Part shown: piece by piece, positions 17,992-26,610 of the stretch
Layout of the letters: the number at the start of each line of letters is the position of its first letter
Position numbering within the stretch: position 1 is the stretch's first letter
DNA from: an archaeon
GTDB lineage: Archaea > Nanobdellota > Nanobdellia > Pacearchaeales > GW2011-AR1
Direction: 5' to 3'
Assembly: GCA_043797265.1 (NCBI GenBank)
Contig: JAZDPV010000014.1
Coordinates: 1-43,865, forward strand
DNA: 43,865 nucleotides
The notes under the pieces: model-generated
Databases searched by the model: none
The model's input: only the letters and a program-made list of their open reading frames with translations
What the model was told of the DNA's origin: nothing
Made by a program: the position numbers and the translations under genes

Positions 17992-19188
17992 ATGACAAAA
18001 TTCGCGCACTTAGCAGATTGCCACCTCGGAAGCTGGCGGCAGGAAGAACTCCAAAAACTAAACCTGCAATCCTTCCAAAAAATAATCGAAATATGCATTC
18101 GCGAAAAACTAGACTTCATTCTAATTTCTGGCGACCTCTTCGACTCATCATATCCGCCAATCGAAATTCTGAAAGAATCCTTCGCCGAGTTCAAAAAACT
18201 TCACGACGCCAAAATCCCGGTTTACATAATTGCCGGCTCGCACGATTTCTCAGCCTCGGGAAAAACTTTTCTGGACGTTTTGGAAAAAGTAGGCTTCTGC
18301 AAAAATATCGAAAATTGGGAATATCAGGAAGACGGCAAAATAAAATTGAAACCTCAAATGCACGACGACATAGCAATCTACGGATACCCCGGCAGAAAAT
18401 CCGGCATGGAAATCGAAGACCTTCAAAAAATCTATTTCGAATCCATCCACCAATTCACAATCTTCATGATTCACACAACAATAAAAGACGTCGTCGGCAC
18501 AATCCCGATGGACTCAATCGAAAAACACAAACTCCCGCTGGCAAACTATTATGCGATGGGACACATCCATCAAGTTTTCAAAACAGAAGAACCAAATTCC
18601 CAATACGTTTATCCCGGCCCGACATTCCCAAACAATTTCCAGGAATTAAACGACCTGAAATACGGAAGTTTCCAATTATGCGAAATCACCAACGGCAAAA
18701 TAAAATCACAAAACATAAAAATCCCAATCAAAGAAATCGTCTCAATCGAAATCGAAATCACCAACGCACTGGCAGCAACTCAAAAAATAATATTAGAATT
18801 AGACAAATACAACCTGAACGACAAAATCGTCCTGCTAAAATTAAAAGGAACGCTGACTCAAGGCAAAACCGGCGACATCCGGTTCAACGAAATCGAAGAA
18901 TTCATAAAAAAGAAACAAGCATACACTTTCCTCAGAAACATTTCTTCAATTAAAATTCAAGAATCAGGGTTCGAAATAGAATCATCTCTCATCGACAACG
19001 TCGAAAACATCGAACGAAAAATACTGGGAGAATACTCGAAAAAAAATCCGACAAACTTTAACAAATATTTATTTCAACTAATGACGACGCTGTCTCTCGA
19101 AAAAAATGAAGACGAAAAAATAACAATCTATGAAGACAGGCTCATATCAGAACTAAAAAACGTTTTGGAAATAAACCAGATATTATAA
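17992..19188 (+). CDS. mre11: Mre11/SbcD-family DNA repair nuclease
   Basis: AHLADCHLG, SGDLFD, GSHD, GHIH and YPG motifs; coupled to Rad50. Confidence 0.9.
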   Translation: MTKFAHLADCHLGSWRQEELQKLNLQSFQKIIEICIREKLDFILISGDLFDSSYPPIEILKESFAEFKKLHDAKIPVYIIAGSHDFSASGKTFLDVLEKVGFCKNIENWEYQEDGKIKLKPQMHDDIAIYGYPGRKSGMEIEDLQKIYFESIHQFTIFMIHTTIKDVVGTIPMDSIEKHKLPLANYYAMGHIHQVFKTEEPNSQYVYPGPTFPNNFQELNDLKYGSFQLCEITNGKIKSQNIKIPIKEIVSIEIEITNALAATQKIILELDKYNLNDKIVLLKLKGTLTQGKTGDIRFNEIEEFIKKKQAYTFLRNISSIKIQESGFEIESSLIDNVENIERKILGEYSKKNPTNFNKYLFQLMTTLSLEKNEDEKITIYEDRLISELKNVLEINQIL

Positions 19189-21230
19189 TGTTATTCAAAA
19201 AATTAATTATGCAAAATATCAGAAGTTATGAAAATCTCACAATCGAATTTCCAAAAGGCTCGGTTCTTTTGGCGGGCGACATCGGTGCCGGAAAAACATC
19301 AATTCTTCTCGGGTTGCAATTCGCACTTTTCGGACTGCAGCCGGGACAAAAAGGAACATCGATTTTAAGACACGGGAAAGACACGGCATACATACAATTA
19401 GACTTGGATATCGACGGAGAAACAATAACAATAGAAAGAACAATAAAAAAATCAGCGAACGGGAGCATCACCCAAGATTCCAACATTCTCACAATCGGCA
19501 CGACGAAAGAAGAACTTTCAACATCAGAAATGAAAGACAGGATAATTAAACTCCTGAATTACCCGAAAGAATTCATCAAAAAATCCAATCTGCTTTACAA
19601 ATTCACCGTCTATACTCCGCAGGAAGAAATGAAATCAATCATTCAAGAAAAACCCGAAATCCGGCTCGACACACTAAGACACATTTTCGGCGTCGACAGA
19701 TATAAAAAAATAAAAGAAAATTCCCAAATCTTTCTTCAAAAAATCAAAGAAGCAATAAAAATCAAGGAAATTTTGTCGTCAGAATTAAATCTCCTAAAAG
19801 AAAAATTTACGCAGGAAAACGAAAAAAAAATAATCTTGGCAAGAGAAACCAATAATTTAAAATTAGAACATCAAAATCTCGTTCTGGCAAAACAGGAATC
19901 AGAAAACAAATTAATATCAAGCCAAAAATTAATCGACGAAAAAAAAGAATTAGAATCAGAGTTAATGAAAACAAATCTGCTTATAGAAAGCAAAAAAGAT
20001 TTAGAATCCAGAATTAAAAAAGAAATAATATTAATGCAAAAACAAATTCATGAAAAAATAGATTTTTCAGAAGAAAGATTAAAAACGACGACGGAACTGC
20101 TCGAAAAACACAGACAAATCTTAGAAGAAAAAAATTCAAATTTTTTAAAAATTTCCTCGCAAATATCAGTTCTCAATTCTCAAAAAGAAGGCCCACTAAA
20201 ACTCAGGGAGCAAATAATTTCAATAGAAAATTGTCCAACATGTTTTCAAACCGTCGGGCAAGAACACAAAAACAAAATCGCAAAACGAACGCAATTCGAC
20301 ATTGAAGAAATAAACAGGGAACTCGAGCAAAAGCTCCAGCAAAAACAATTTCTAATTAAAGAAATAGAAACAGAAAAAGAATTGGTCGGGGGATATGAAA
20401 CAGACAAAAATAATTTTCAGCAGGACAAAATAAAAGCCGAACATCAAAAAACAATTGAAATAAAAATCAAAAGCGACGCATTTACCCTCGACAGAATTTC
20501 AAACGAAATAAAAGAATTCCAAGACAAAATAGAAAAATTCCAAATAAAAATAGAAACCTTCAAAGAATCCCAAGATATTTTCGACAAGACAAAAAAAGAA
20601 TTTCAGGAAATAAGTGAAATATTTAGAAAAAAAGAAATTGAAATAGCGACAAAAAACAGGGAGCTCGAATTATTAAAAATAAAATTAGAGGAATTATCAG
20701 GCGAAATCAGCAACAAGGAAAAAATCCGAAGCCAAATTGACCACCTTCGAAAACTACAGGACTGGCTTCAGGAAAAATTCATCACGATGATAGACCTCAC
20801 CGAAAAAAATGTTATGACAAAACTCCGAAACGAATTTTCAAACATTTTCGCCGAATGGTTTTCCATGTTGGCTTCAGACAATTTATCAGTAAGGCTAAAC
20901 GAAGACTTCACGCCGATAATCACGAATCAAGATTACGAAATCGACTACGCTTTTCTTTCTGGCGGCGAACGAACAGCGATAGCATTAGCATACAGACTTT
21001 CCCTAAATAAAATTCTAAATTCAATGCTGTCAAAAATAAAAACAAAAGATGTGGTAATCCTCGACGAACCAACCGAAGGATTTTCAACAAAGCAAATCGA
21101 CAAGATGCGCGACATTTTCGAACAGCTCAAAGCCGACCAAACAATCCTCGTCTCTCACGAAGAAAAAATCGAAAGCTTCGTCGACCACGTAATCCGAATC
21201 AAAAAAGACAGCACGAGCAAAATAGAATAA
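19188..21230 (+). CDS. rad50: Rad50/SbcC-like ATPase (short coiled coil)
   Basis: NIRSY, GDIGAGKT Walker A, central CPTC zinc hook, LSGGE, LDEPT and SH. Confidence 0.92.
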   Translation: MLFKKLIMQNIRSYENLTIEFPKGSVLLAGDIGAGKTSILLGLQFALFGLQPGQKGTSILRHGKDTAYIQLDLDIDGETITIERTIKKSANGSITQDSNILTIGTTKEELSTSEMKDRIIKLLNYPKEFIKKSNLLYKFTVYTPQEEMKSIIQEKPEIRLDTLRHIFGVDRYKKIKENSQIFLQKIKEAIKIKEILSSELNLLKEKFTQENEKKIILARETNNLKLEHQNLVLAKQESENKLISSQKLIDEKKELESELMKTNLLIESKKDLESRIKKEIILMQKQIHEKIDFSEERLKTTTELLEKHRQILEEKNSNFLKISSQISVLNSQKEGPLKLREQIISIENCPTCFQTVGQEHKNKIAKRTQFDIEEINRELEQKLQQKQFLIKEIETEKELVGGYETDKNNFQQDKIKAEHQKTIEIKIKSDAFTLDRISNEIKEFQDKIEKFQIKIETFKESQDIFDKTKKEFQEISEIFRKKEIEIATKNRELELLKIKLEELSGEISNKEKIRSQIDHLRKLQDWLQEKFITMIDLTEKNVMTKLRNEFSNIFAEWFSMLASDNLSVRLNEDFTPIITNQDYEIDYAFLSGGERTAIALAYRLSLNKILNSMLSKIKTKDVVILDEPTEGFSTKQIDKMRDIFEQLKADQTILVSHEEKIESFVDHVIRIKKDSTSKIE

Positions 21231-21264
21231 CAAACCTTAAAAACCAATTTTATCCAATATATAG

Positions 21265-21519
21265 ATGGAAGTCAAAATCATAAAAGACGAAAAAAACGAT
21301 CTCGACATAGAATTATCAAGCCTGACAATCGCCGAAGTTCTAAGGGTTTACCTAAACAAAGAAGGCGCAAAACTCGTCGCATGGAAACGCGACCACCCGA
21401 CAAAAAACCCAGTTCTTCATATCGAAGCCGACAACCCAAAAAAATTCTTAAAAAAAGCAATCGCAACACTCGAAAAAGAAATTGACAACGCCGTCGACGA
21501 ATTCAAGAAATTAAAATAG
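21265..21519 (+). CDS. rpoL: RNA polymerase subunit L (Rpo11)
   Basis: 84 aa; T.A..LR.YL, AWK.DHP...P.L.I and C-terminal helix. Confidence 0.82.
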   Translation: MEVKIIKDEKNDLDIELSSLTIAEVLRVYLNKEGAKLVAWKRDHPTKNPVLHIEADNPKKFLKKAIATLEKEIDNAVDEFKKLK

Positions 21520-21525
21520 TTCCCA

Positions 21526-21602
21526 TCTTAAGCGCAAGCGTTCTTAATTCTTAAGCAAAGCGTTCTTAAGCCAAAGACGTTCTATAATTGCGCAGCAATT
21601 AT
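21526..21602. repeat. TTCTTAA units interleaved with minihairpins between convergent genes
   Basis: Four tcttaa units with gcgcaagcg / gcaaagc / gccaaagac inserts; terminal ATAATTGC-GCA-GCAATTAT overlaps the DUF4389 stop. Confidence 0.75.
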
Positions 21603-21874
21603 TTAAACTTCCCCATCTTCTTCATCGGCGCAAACGGGAACGGCCTCTCATTCGTCACAAAAGTCAAATACCTGATAAACCTGTAAACCTCACTATTCCA
21701 ATAATCACAAAAATCCGCAATCCCCTTGTCTCTCTTCCCAGAAAACAAAACCACAAACCAATTAGCAATCGCCAAGACAAAAATCAAAACTTTCCAAATG
21801 TTTAAAATTATTCCACTAATTATACAGACCAAAATTCTCCACAACAACTCGCCCCTCTCCGACCTCTTCGTCAT
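21599..21874 (-). CDS. DUF4389-like membrane protein
   Basis: Hydrophobic N-terminal half, W..VLFSGKR and RY.TF.T.ERPFPF. Confidence 0.8.
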   Translation of the reverse strand: MTKRSERGELLWRILVCIISGIILNIWKVLIFVLAIANWFVVLFSGKRDKGIADFCDYWNSEVYRFIRYLTFVTNERPFPFAPMKKMGKFK

Positions 21875-21986
21875 AAAATTAAATATTTTTCCACTATATA
21901 AATATATTTAATTATAGTCACCAAATCATAACTTAATCCCAAACTTCGCATCCCAATCCTAACCCCGCGTTCCCGTTCCCTTCCCC

Positions 21987-22120
21987 GCAAATTAAAATTT
22001 TAGGCGCAGGTTGTCCGTTGCGAAGCAATGGACGGCGCCGTCGAGCAATTCGCTTTCTTGAATACAAATACCAACTATCTTTCGAGAATGCAAATTGCGA
22101 GAGAAAAAATTTTAATTTGC
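21987..22120. mobile_element. MITE-like structured element with 15-bp perfect terminal inverted repeats enclosing two hairpins
   Basis: GCAAATTAAAATTTT (21987-22001) / AAAATTTTAATTTGC (22106-22120); inner GTCCGTTGC-GAA-GCAATGGAC hairpin and a 62-nt hairpin homologous to the 16S insertion. Confidence 0.6.
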
Positions 22121-22220
22121 ATTAAATCGTGAACGAAGTTCACCATCCAGAAAAAGTTGGTAAGAAAACTTAGTGTTCTTACAATATAAATCCTTTTAAC
22201 TCAAATAAACTTATAACCAA

Positions 22221-22976
22221 ATGACAGAACAAAAAATCTCCGCCGGCTCTTACGAACTAAATACATTCCTCCAAGGCGGCTACGAAACCGACATCATCAC
22301 GACAATCTACGGCCCCGGCGGCTCCGGCAAATCAAACCTCTGCATCATCGTCGCAGTATCCCAAGCCAAAAAGGGAAACAAAATAATTTTCATCGACACC
22401 GAAGGCGGTTTCTCGACGGAAAGATTCAAGCAAATCCACCAAGGCACGAAAGAAGAAATCGAAGCAGACCTCCAAAACATCCTGCTCCTAAAACCAACTT
22501 CATTCGCCGAACAAGAAAAAGCCTTCGACCAAATGTTAAAGTATGTAAAAAAAGAAAACATCTCGCTAATAATAATTGACAGCATCGCAATGCTCTACCG
22601 ACTCGAACTCGGCGGCGCAATCACATTAAAAGACAACGAAAAAATATCAGAAGTAAACCGCAAACTCGCAAACCAACTCCGAGCCCTGAACGAAATTGCT
22701 CGCAAACAAAACATCCCAATCATCGTCACAAACCAAGTCTACTCCCAATTCGAACCCGCTACCCGCTACCCACTATCCGCTACCGACGGAACGCTCGAGC
22801 GTTCCGTCTCTATGGTCGGCGGCGACCTTCTAAAATATTGGTCCAAATGTCTAATCGAACTCAAAGGCTACAACAACAAACGAAAACTCATCCTAAAAAA
22901 ACACCGCTCACTCCCAGTCAAAGAACTTGCTTTTGAAATCACTCGAACCGGCATCAAGAAAAGAGGATTATTTTAA
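22221..22976 (+). CDS. radB: DNA repair and recombination protein RadB
   Basis: GGYE...IT.IYGP.GSGKS, IDTEGGFS.ER, IIDS, TNQVY and C-terminal KHR; no RadA N-terminal domain. Confidence 0.92.
   Translation: MTEQKISAGSYELNTFLQGGYETDIITTIYGPGGSGKSNLCIIVAVSQAKKGNKIIFIDTEGGFSTERFKQIHQGTKEEIEADLQNILLLKPTSFAEQEKAFDQMLKYVKKENISLIIIDSIAMLYRLELGGAITLKDNEKISEVNRKLANQLRALNEIARKQNIPIIVTNQVYSQFEPATRYPLSATDGTLERSVSMVGGDLLKYWSKCLIELKGYNNKRKLILKKHRSLPVKELAFEITRTGIKKRGLF
22754..22781. repeat. Heptamer tandem repeat inside radB (L2 loop region)
   Basis: acccgct-acccgct-acccact-atccgct; encodes PATRYPLSA. Confidence 0.85.
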
Positions 22977-23015
22977 CCACAATAATCCTTAAATAGAATA
23001 AAAACACAAAACAAT

Positions 23016-23306
23016 ATGAACAAATTAGATTTAAAACGAGCCGAAAAAATAAGAATAGAAGAACTAAAATCAAATCATCCAAATAATTCAATTTATATAG
23101 GATACAACTATTACGAAAAGGAAAAAGAAGACAAAGAATTCAATTATAAAGCCTATCAAATGATGACTCCAGAACAAATACTTTCCAGCGAAGATTATTT
23201 TTGCAAAAAACACACGGCAGAATTTGAAAATTTTATAAAGCAATTAGATGAATTCGAAAAACTCTCAAGAAAGTCAAAGATTGTTTGTTCATCACGGGCA
23301 GCCTAA
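23016..23306 (+). CDS. Hypothetical protein
   Basis: 96-aa AT-rich ORF with its own TATA about 25 nt upstream; convergent with topA. Confidence 0.6.
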   Translation: MNKLDLKRAEKIRIEELKSNHPNNSIYIGYNYYEKEKEDKEFNYKAYQMMTPEQILSSEDYFCKKHTAEFENFIKQLDEFEKLSRKSKIVCSSRAA

Positions 23307-25519
23307 TTTTTTTTAATCTTCCCTCTCTCAACAACTTTCCCATCCTCGCCAACCTTAATCTCGCCGCTCGCAATCTTCGCCTTAAACTCCTCTTTCTTTT
23401 TAGTCAACTCCTCATTCGACGGACATGCCGGATTAAAACAAAATTTCCACGGCGCTCGCCCTTTCTGAAAACTCATCATCAACGGGAACCCGCACTCCGC
23501 GCACATCTCCAACTCTTCTGGGTCCCTAATATCTGATATCTGATTTCTGACACCTTGATGAAGCCGTGCCGGCTTCATCATTCCCCTCGGCGGCAGCGAA
23601 TAAATCGTCTTGCAATTCGGATAAGCATCGCACGAAACAAAATACCTCCCAAACTTTTTCCCATACATCACCCGCAATTTTCCCTTGTGGCAAACCGGGC
23701 ACTCGCTCATCGTGTTCGCCTCCTTCTCTTGCTCCCAAACAACCGCGTTCGCGTCAGCCAAACTTTTTCCCATTTTCTCCAAATTCGCATTCATCCCCTC
23801 GGCAATCTTCGTCACAACTTTCTTCGCTTCGTCCAAAACTTTCTTCTCCATTTTTTCCAGCTCTATTTTCTGATTTCTATTTTCTATTTTCTCAAAATTA
23901 AAATTTTCAATAAATTCTAATTTTGTTGTCATCTCCGCCGTCAGCCCCTCATCCAAAATAATCGGCGAATATTTCTCAAGCGTTTCCTCCATCCTCATCC
24001 CCAGCTCCGTGACCTCGATGCTCTTGTTTCGCACATATCCACGAGAATACAACGTCTCAATAATATCGGCCCGAGTCGCCTTCGTCCCAAGCCCGCGCTT
24101 CTCCAACTCCTTAACCAACGACGCAGCAGAATATCTTCTCGGCGGTTTCGTCTCTTTCTCCTCGGTCCTAATTTCCAAAACATCAACATCCCCGTCAATA
24201 GTCGGCACCCTGAACTCTTTCAACAACGACGGATAAACATTCATCCACCCTCTCTCTTTAATCACAACACCCCTCGCCCCAAAATCCAACCCATTCACAA
24301 CAACTTTGATATTTTTATTCTCAGTCCTCGCAGATTCACAAAAACAAGAAATAAACCTTCTCACAATCAAGTCATAAACTTTCTTGTCCCTCTCAGAAAT
24401 CTTGCCCTCGCCCGTCGGATAAATCGCCGGATGCGCCGGATCAACCTTCGCCCCCTCCGTCGGCTTCTCATTGACAGCATACTTGACCGCCGCCGTATAT
24501 TTCTTCAATCTTTTCAAAATCTTGTCATAACCAATCGACGCATCATACTTCTGGCTCGAAGTTCTCGGATAAGAAATTGCCCCGGCCAAATACAAACTCT
24601 GCGCCACCTTCAACGTCTGCGACGGAGTAAACCCGCAATTCTTGTACGCCTCGGTCTGTAGCGTCGTCAAATCAAAAGGCACCGGCGCCTTAATTTCCTC
24701 GTCCTTAATCGTCGTCGACGCAACCCCACTCTTCCCTTTCAAGTGCCTGAACTTCAACAACTCGCTCTCGTTAAAAATATCTTTCGGATATTTCACTTCA
24801 ACCTTCTGCCCTTTGATATCCCTCACATTCAAAAATACATCCCAATACGGCTCGCTCTTAAAATTTTGTATCTCCTTCTCCCTGTCCGCAACAATTTTCA
24901 GCGCCGGTCCCTGCACCCGACCAATCGACAAAATCCTAAACATCCCCGTCGACGAAAGCGCCTTCATCAGTCCCCGCGACAAATTAATCCCGTAAAACCA
25001 GTCAATATAATGCCTCGTCTCACCCGCAATCGCCGCACCCCAATTCAGCGTCGGCAACAAATTTTCAAACGATTTATCCAGCGCCTCTTTTGTCAAAAGC
25101 GAAAACTTCATCCTCTTCGCGTCCTTCTTCCCGCAGACAAACCTCACGACATTCCATCCAATCACCTCGCCCTCAACATCAAAGTCCGTCGCGACAATAA
25201 ACTCGTCCGCCCCCTTCGCCAACTTTTTCAAAACATCCAGATATTTTTTCGTGAAAGCCCCGCTCTTTTTGTTATAAGCCGCCCTCCACTCAACATCAAA
25301 ATTAGGAAACGCCCCCCTCTTGTCAACTTGCTGAATTCCAAACAAATGCCCGACCGCGCACCCGACAATATACTTCCGCCCATCCCGGCTAAATTCATAA
25401 TACGAAACCTTGTTCTTGTTAGTGATTTTCTCATCTGTCGCCCCACTCAACGCCGCCGCTATCTTCTCCGCCGCCGCCGGCTTCTCAGTAATTATCAGCG
25501 TCGCATTTTTCTTGACCAT
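23303..25519 (-). CDS. topA: DNA topoisomerase I (type IA) with C-terminal Zn ribbons (start reassigned to 25519)
   Basis: IITEKP, GHL, ATD.D.EGE.IG, SIGRVQ.PAL, ISYPRT, AHPAI.PT, GLGT.ATR and CxxC ribbons. Confidence 0.96.
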   Translation of the reverse strand: MVKKNATLIITEKPAAAEKIAAALSGATDEKITNKNKVSYYEFSRDGRKYIVGCAVGHLFGIQQVDKRGAFPNFDVEWRAAYNKKSGAFTKKYLDVLKKLAKGADEFIVATDFDVEGEVIGWNVVRFVCGKKDAKRMKFSLLTKEALDKSFENLLPTLNWGAAIAGETRHYIDWFYGINLSRGLMKALSSTGMFRILSIGRVQGPALKIVADREKEIQNFKSEPYWDVFLNVRDIKGQKVEVKYPKDIFNESELLKFRHLKGKSGVASTTIKDEEIKAPVPFDLTTLQTEAYKNCGFTPSQTLKVAQSLYLAGAISYPRTSSQKYDASIGYDKILKRLKKYTAAVKYAVNEKPTEGAKVDPAHPAIYPTGEGKISERDKKVYDLIVRRFISCFCESARTENKNIKVVVNGLDFGARGVVIKERGWMNVYPSLLKEFRVPTIDGDVDVLEIRTEEKETKPPRRYSAASLVKELEKRGLGTKATRADIIETLYSRGYVRNKSIEVTELGMRMEETLEKYSPIILDEGLTAEMTTKLEFIENFNFEKIENRNQKIELEKMEKKVLDEAKKVVTKIAEGMNANLEKMGKSLADANAVVWEQEKEANTMSECPVCHKGKLRVMYGKKFGRYFVSCDAYPNCKTIYSLPPRGMMKPARLHQGVRNQISDIRDPEELEMCAECGFPLMMSFQKGRAPWKFCFNPACPSNEELTKKKEEFKAKIASGEIKVGEDGKVVERGKIKKN
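23523..23580. repeat. Heptamer repeat plus 11-bp perfect triloop hairpin inside topA
   Basis: tatctga-tatctga-tttctga then TGATGAAGCCG-tgc-CGGCTTCATCA. Confidence 0.85.
23862..23889. repeat. Second heptamer repeat inside topA
   Basis: tctattt-tctgatt-tctattt-tctattt; encodes KIENRNQKIE. Confidence 0.75.
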
Positions 25520-25577
25520 CAAAACACCAAAACAACACCCTATAATAATATTACGCTCATCCAATCCGCCAAGCCCC

Positions 25578-25667
25578 CAGCGAAGCTGAACTTTTCCAGT
25601 CGCAAAGCGACTGAACTTTTCCATGCGAAGCATGAACTTTTCCGCAAACAAAGTTTGTGAACCTCTC
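25578..25667. repeat. Four-hairpin array with a constant AACTTTTC linker
   Basis: CAGC-GAA-GCTG, CAGTCGC-AAA-GCGACTG, CATGC-GAA-GCATG and CGCAAAC-AAA-GTTTGTG, followed by AACTTTTC x3 and AACCTCTC. Confidence 0.9.
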
Positions 25668-25675
25668 AAGCAAAA

Positions 25676-26269
25676 TCATACTTCTATGATTTTGCCCCTC
25701 CGCCCAACCTGCACAACTCTTGTCTTTCCAATCCTGTCCTCAATCCCCTCGCCCTCATGGATATGCGCCGCAATCAGCAAATCCGGCTCAAACTCATCAA
25801 CCGCCCTTCGAACAATCTCGTCGCCAGCAATCCCCGAAAACTCCGCCGCAGTCCCAGCCGCGTGCAAATGCGAAACCAAAATCCGCTTCTTCGGCTTCAT
25901 CATCTCAAAATTCCGCCTCATCTCAACCAAATCATTTTCATCCAAGCTCAACTTCCAATTTGGGTTCCCAATCCCCGCAATCCCGACGTCCCCATAAGTC
26001 ACATAATAATTATGAATACTCTTCGCCTTCTTCTTCAACATCTCGTGCTCCTCGTCAAAATCACAATTCCCCGGCACAAACACAACTTTCTGCCCCGCTT
26101 CAGCGAACGCCCCTAAAATGTCCTCATCTCCCTCGGCATACCCATAAATGTCCCCAGCCAAAACAACTAAATCCACTTTATTCTTCCGCGCCTTCACCGA
26201 CAACTTTCGCGCAATATCCAAACTCCCATGCAAATCCGCCGCAGCAAGTATCCTAAGTTTCTTCTTCAT
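25676..26269 (-). CDS. Calcineurin-like metallophosphoesterase (Icc-related)
   Basis: ADLHG, LAGD, PGNCD, SH and HIHE. Confidence 0.9.
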   Translation of the reverse strand: MKKKLRILAAADLHGSLDIARKLSVKARKNKVDLVVLAGDIYGYAEGDEDILGAFAEAGQKVVFVPGNCDFDEEHEMLKKKAKSIHNYYVTYGDVGIAGIGNPNWKLSLDENDLVEMRRNFEMMKPKKRILVSHLHAAGTAAEFSGIAGDEIVRRAVDEFEPDLLIAAHIHEGEGIEDRIGKTRVVQVGRRGKIIEV

Positions 26270-26289
26270 ATAGCAACTACATAAAACAA

Positions 26290-26484
26290 TTATAAAAATC
26301 TTTCCAACAATCTTTCCCTCGCTCCACTCTCGTTACCAACAACCCCTTGCATAAAATCTCCCAAAAGCCGATTCAAATCTTTTAACCTATAATATACATG
26401 CTCTTCATAAAATTCCCTCATATCCAAAACCCATCTCGCCGGACACGCCACCGCAACATAATCTTTCAACTCTCCATTAAACAT
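26290..26484 (-). CDS. Small hypothetical protein
   Basis: 64-aa ATG ORF filling the gap before the divergent valS promoter; no recognisable motif. Confidence 0.45.
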   Translation of the reverse strand: MFNGELKDYVAVACPARWVLDMREFYEEHVYYRLKDLNRLLGDFMQGVVGNESGARERLLERFL

Positions 26485-26530
26485 AACAAAACGAAAATTC
26501 CAATCTTTTTATATTTTATGTCCACAAATG

Positions 26531-26568
26531 AAAATCCGTGCCCATCTGTGAAATCCGTGAGCAATTTC
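26531..26568. repeat. ATCCGTG-core 9/10-mer tandem repeat, copy 2
   Basis: aaaatccgtgccc-atctgtgaa-atccgtgagcaatttc. Confidence 0.8.
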
Positions 26569-26582
26569 TCCAATACCAAATC

Positions 26583-26590
26583 TTTTAAAT
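26583..26590 (+). promoter_or_regulatory. TATA box for a leaderless valS transcript
   Basis: TTTTAAAT 21-28 nt upstream of ATG 26611; similar spacing at rnj, mre11, rpoL, radB and 30232. Confidence 0.55.
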
Positions 26591-26610
26591 CTCTTCCCAT
26601 TCCATTATCT

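Noticed and set aside
21960-22180. tRNA, SRP RNA or RNase P RNA gene
   Set aside because: No T-loop/cloverleaf, SRP helix-8 or RNase P P4 consensus recognised on either strand; kept as an unexplained structured element
25520-25669. N-terminal extensions of TopA, ValS (26398-26610), Rrp42 (7842-7898) and HemK (17342-17389) in the ORF track
   Set aside because: They run through repeats or neighbouring genes; family homology and TATA/SD signals point to downstream ATGs
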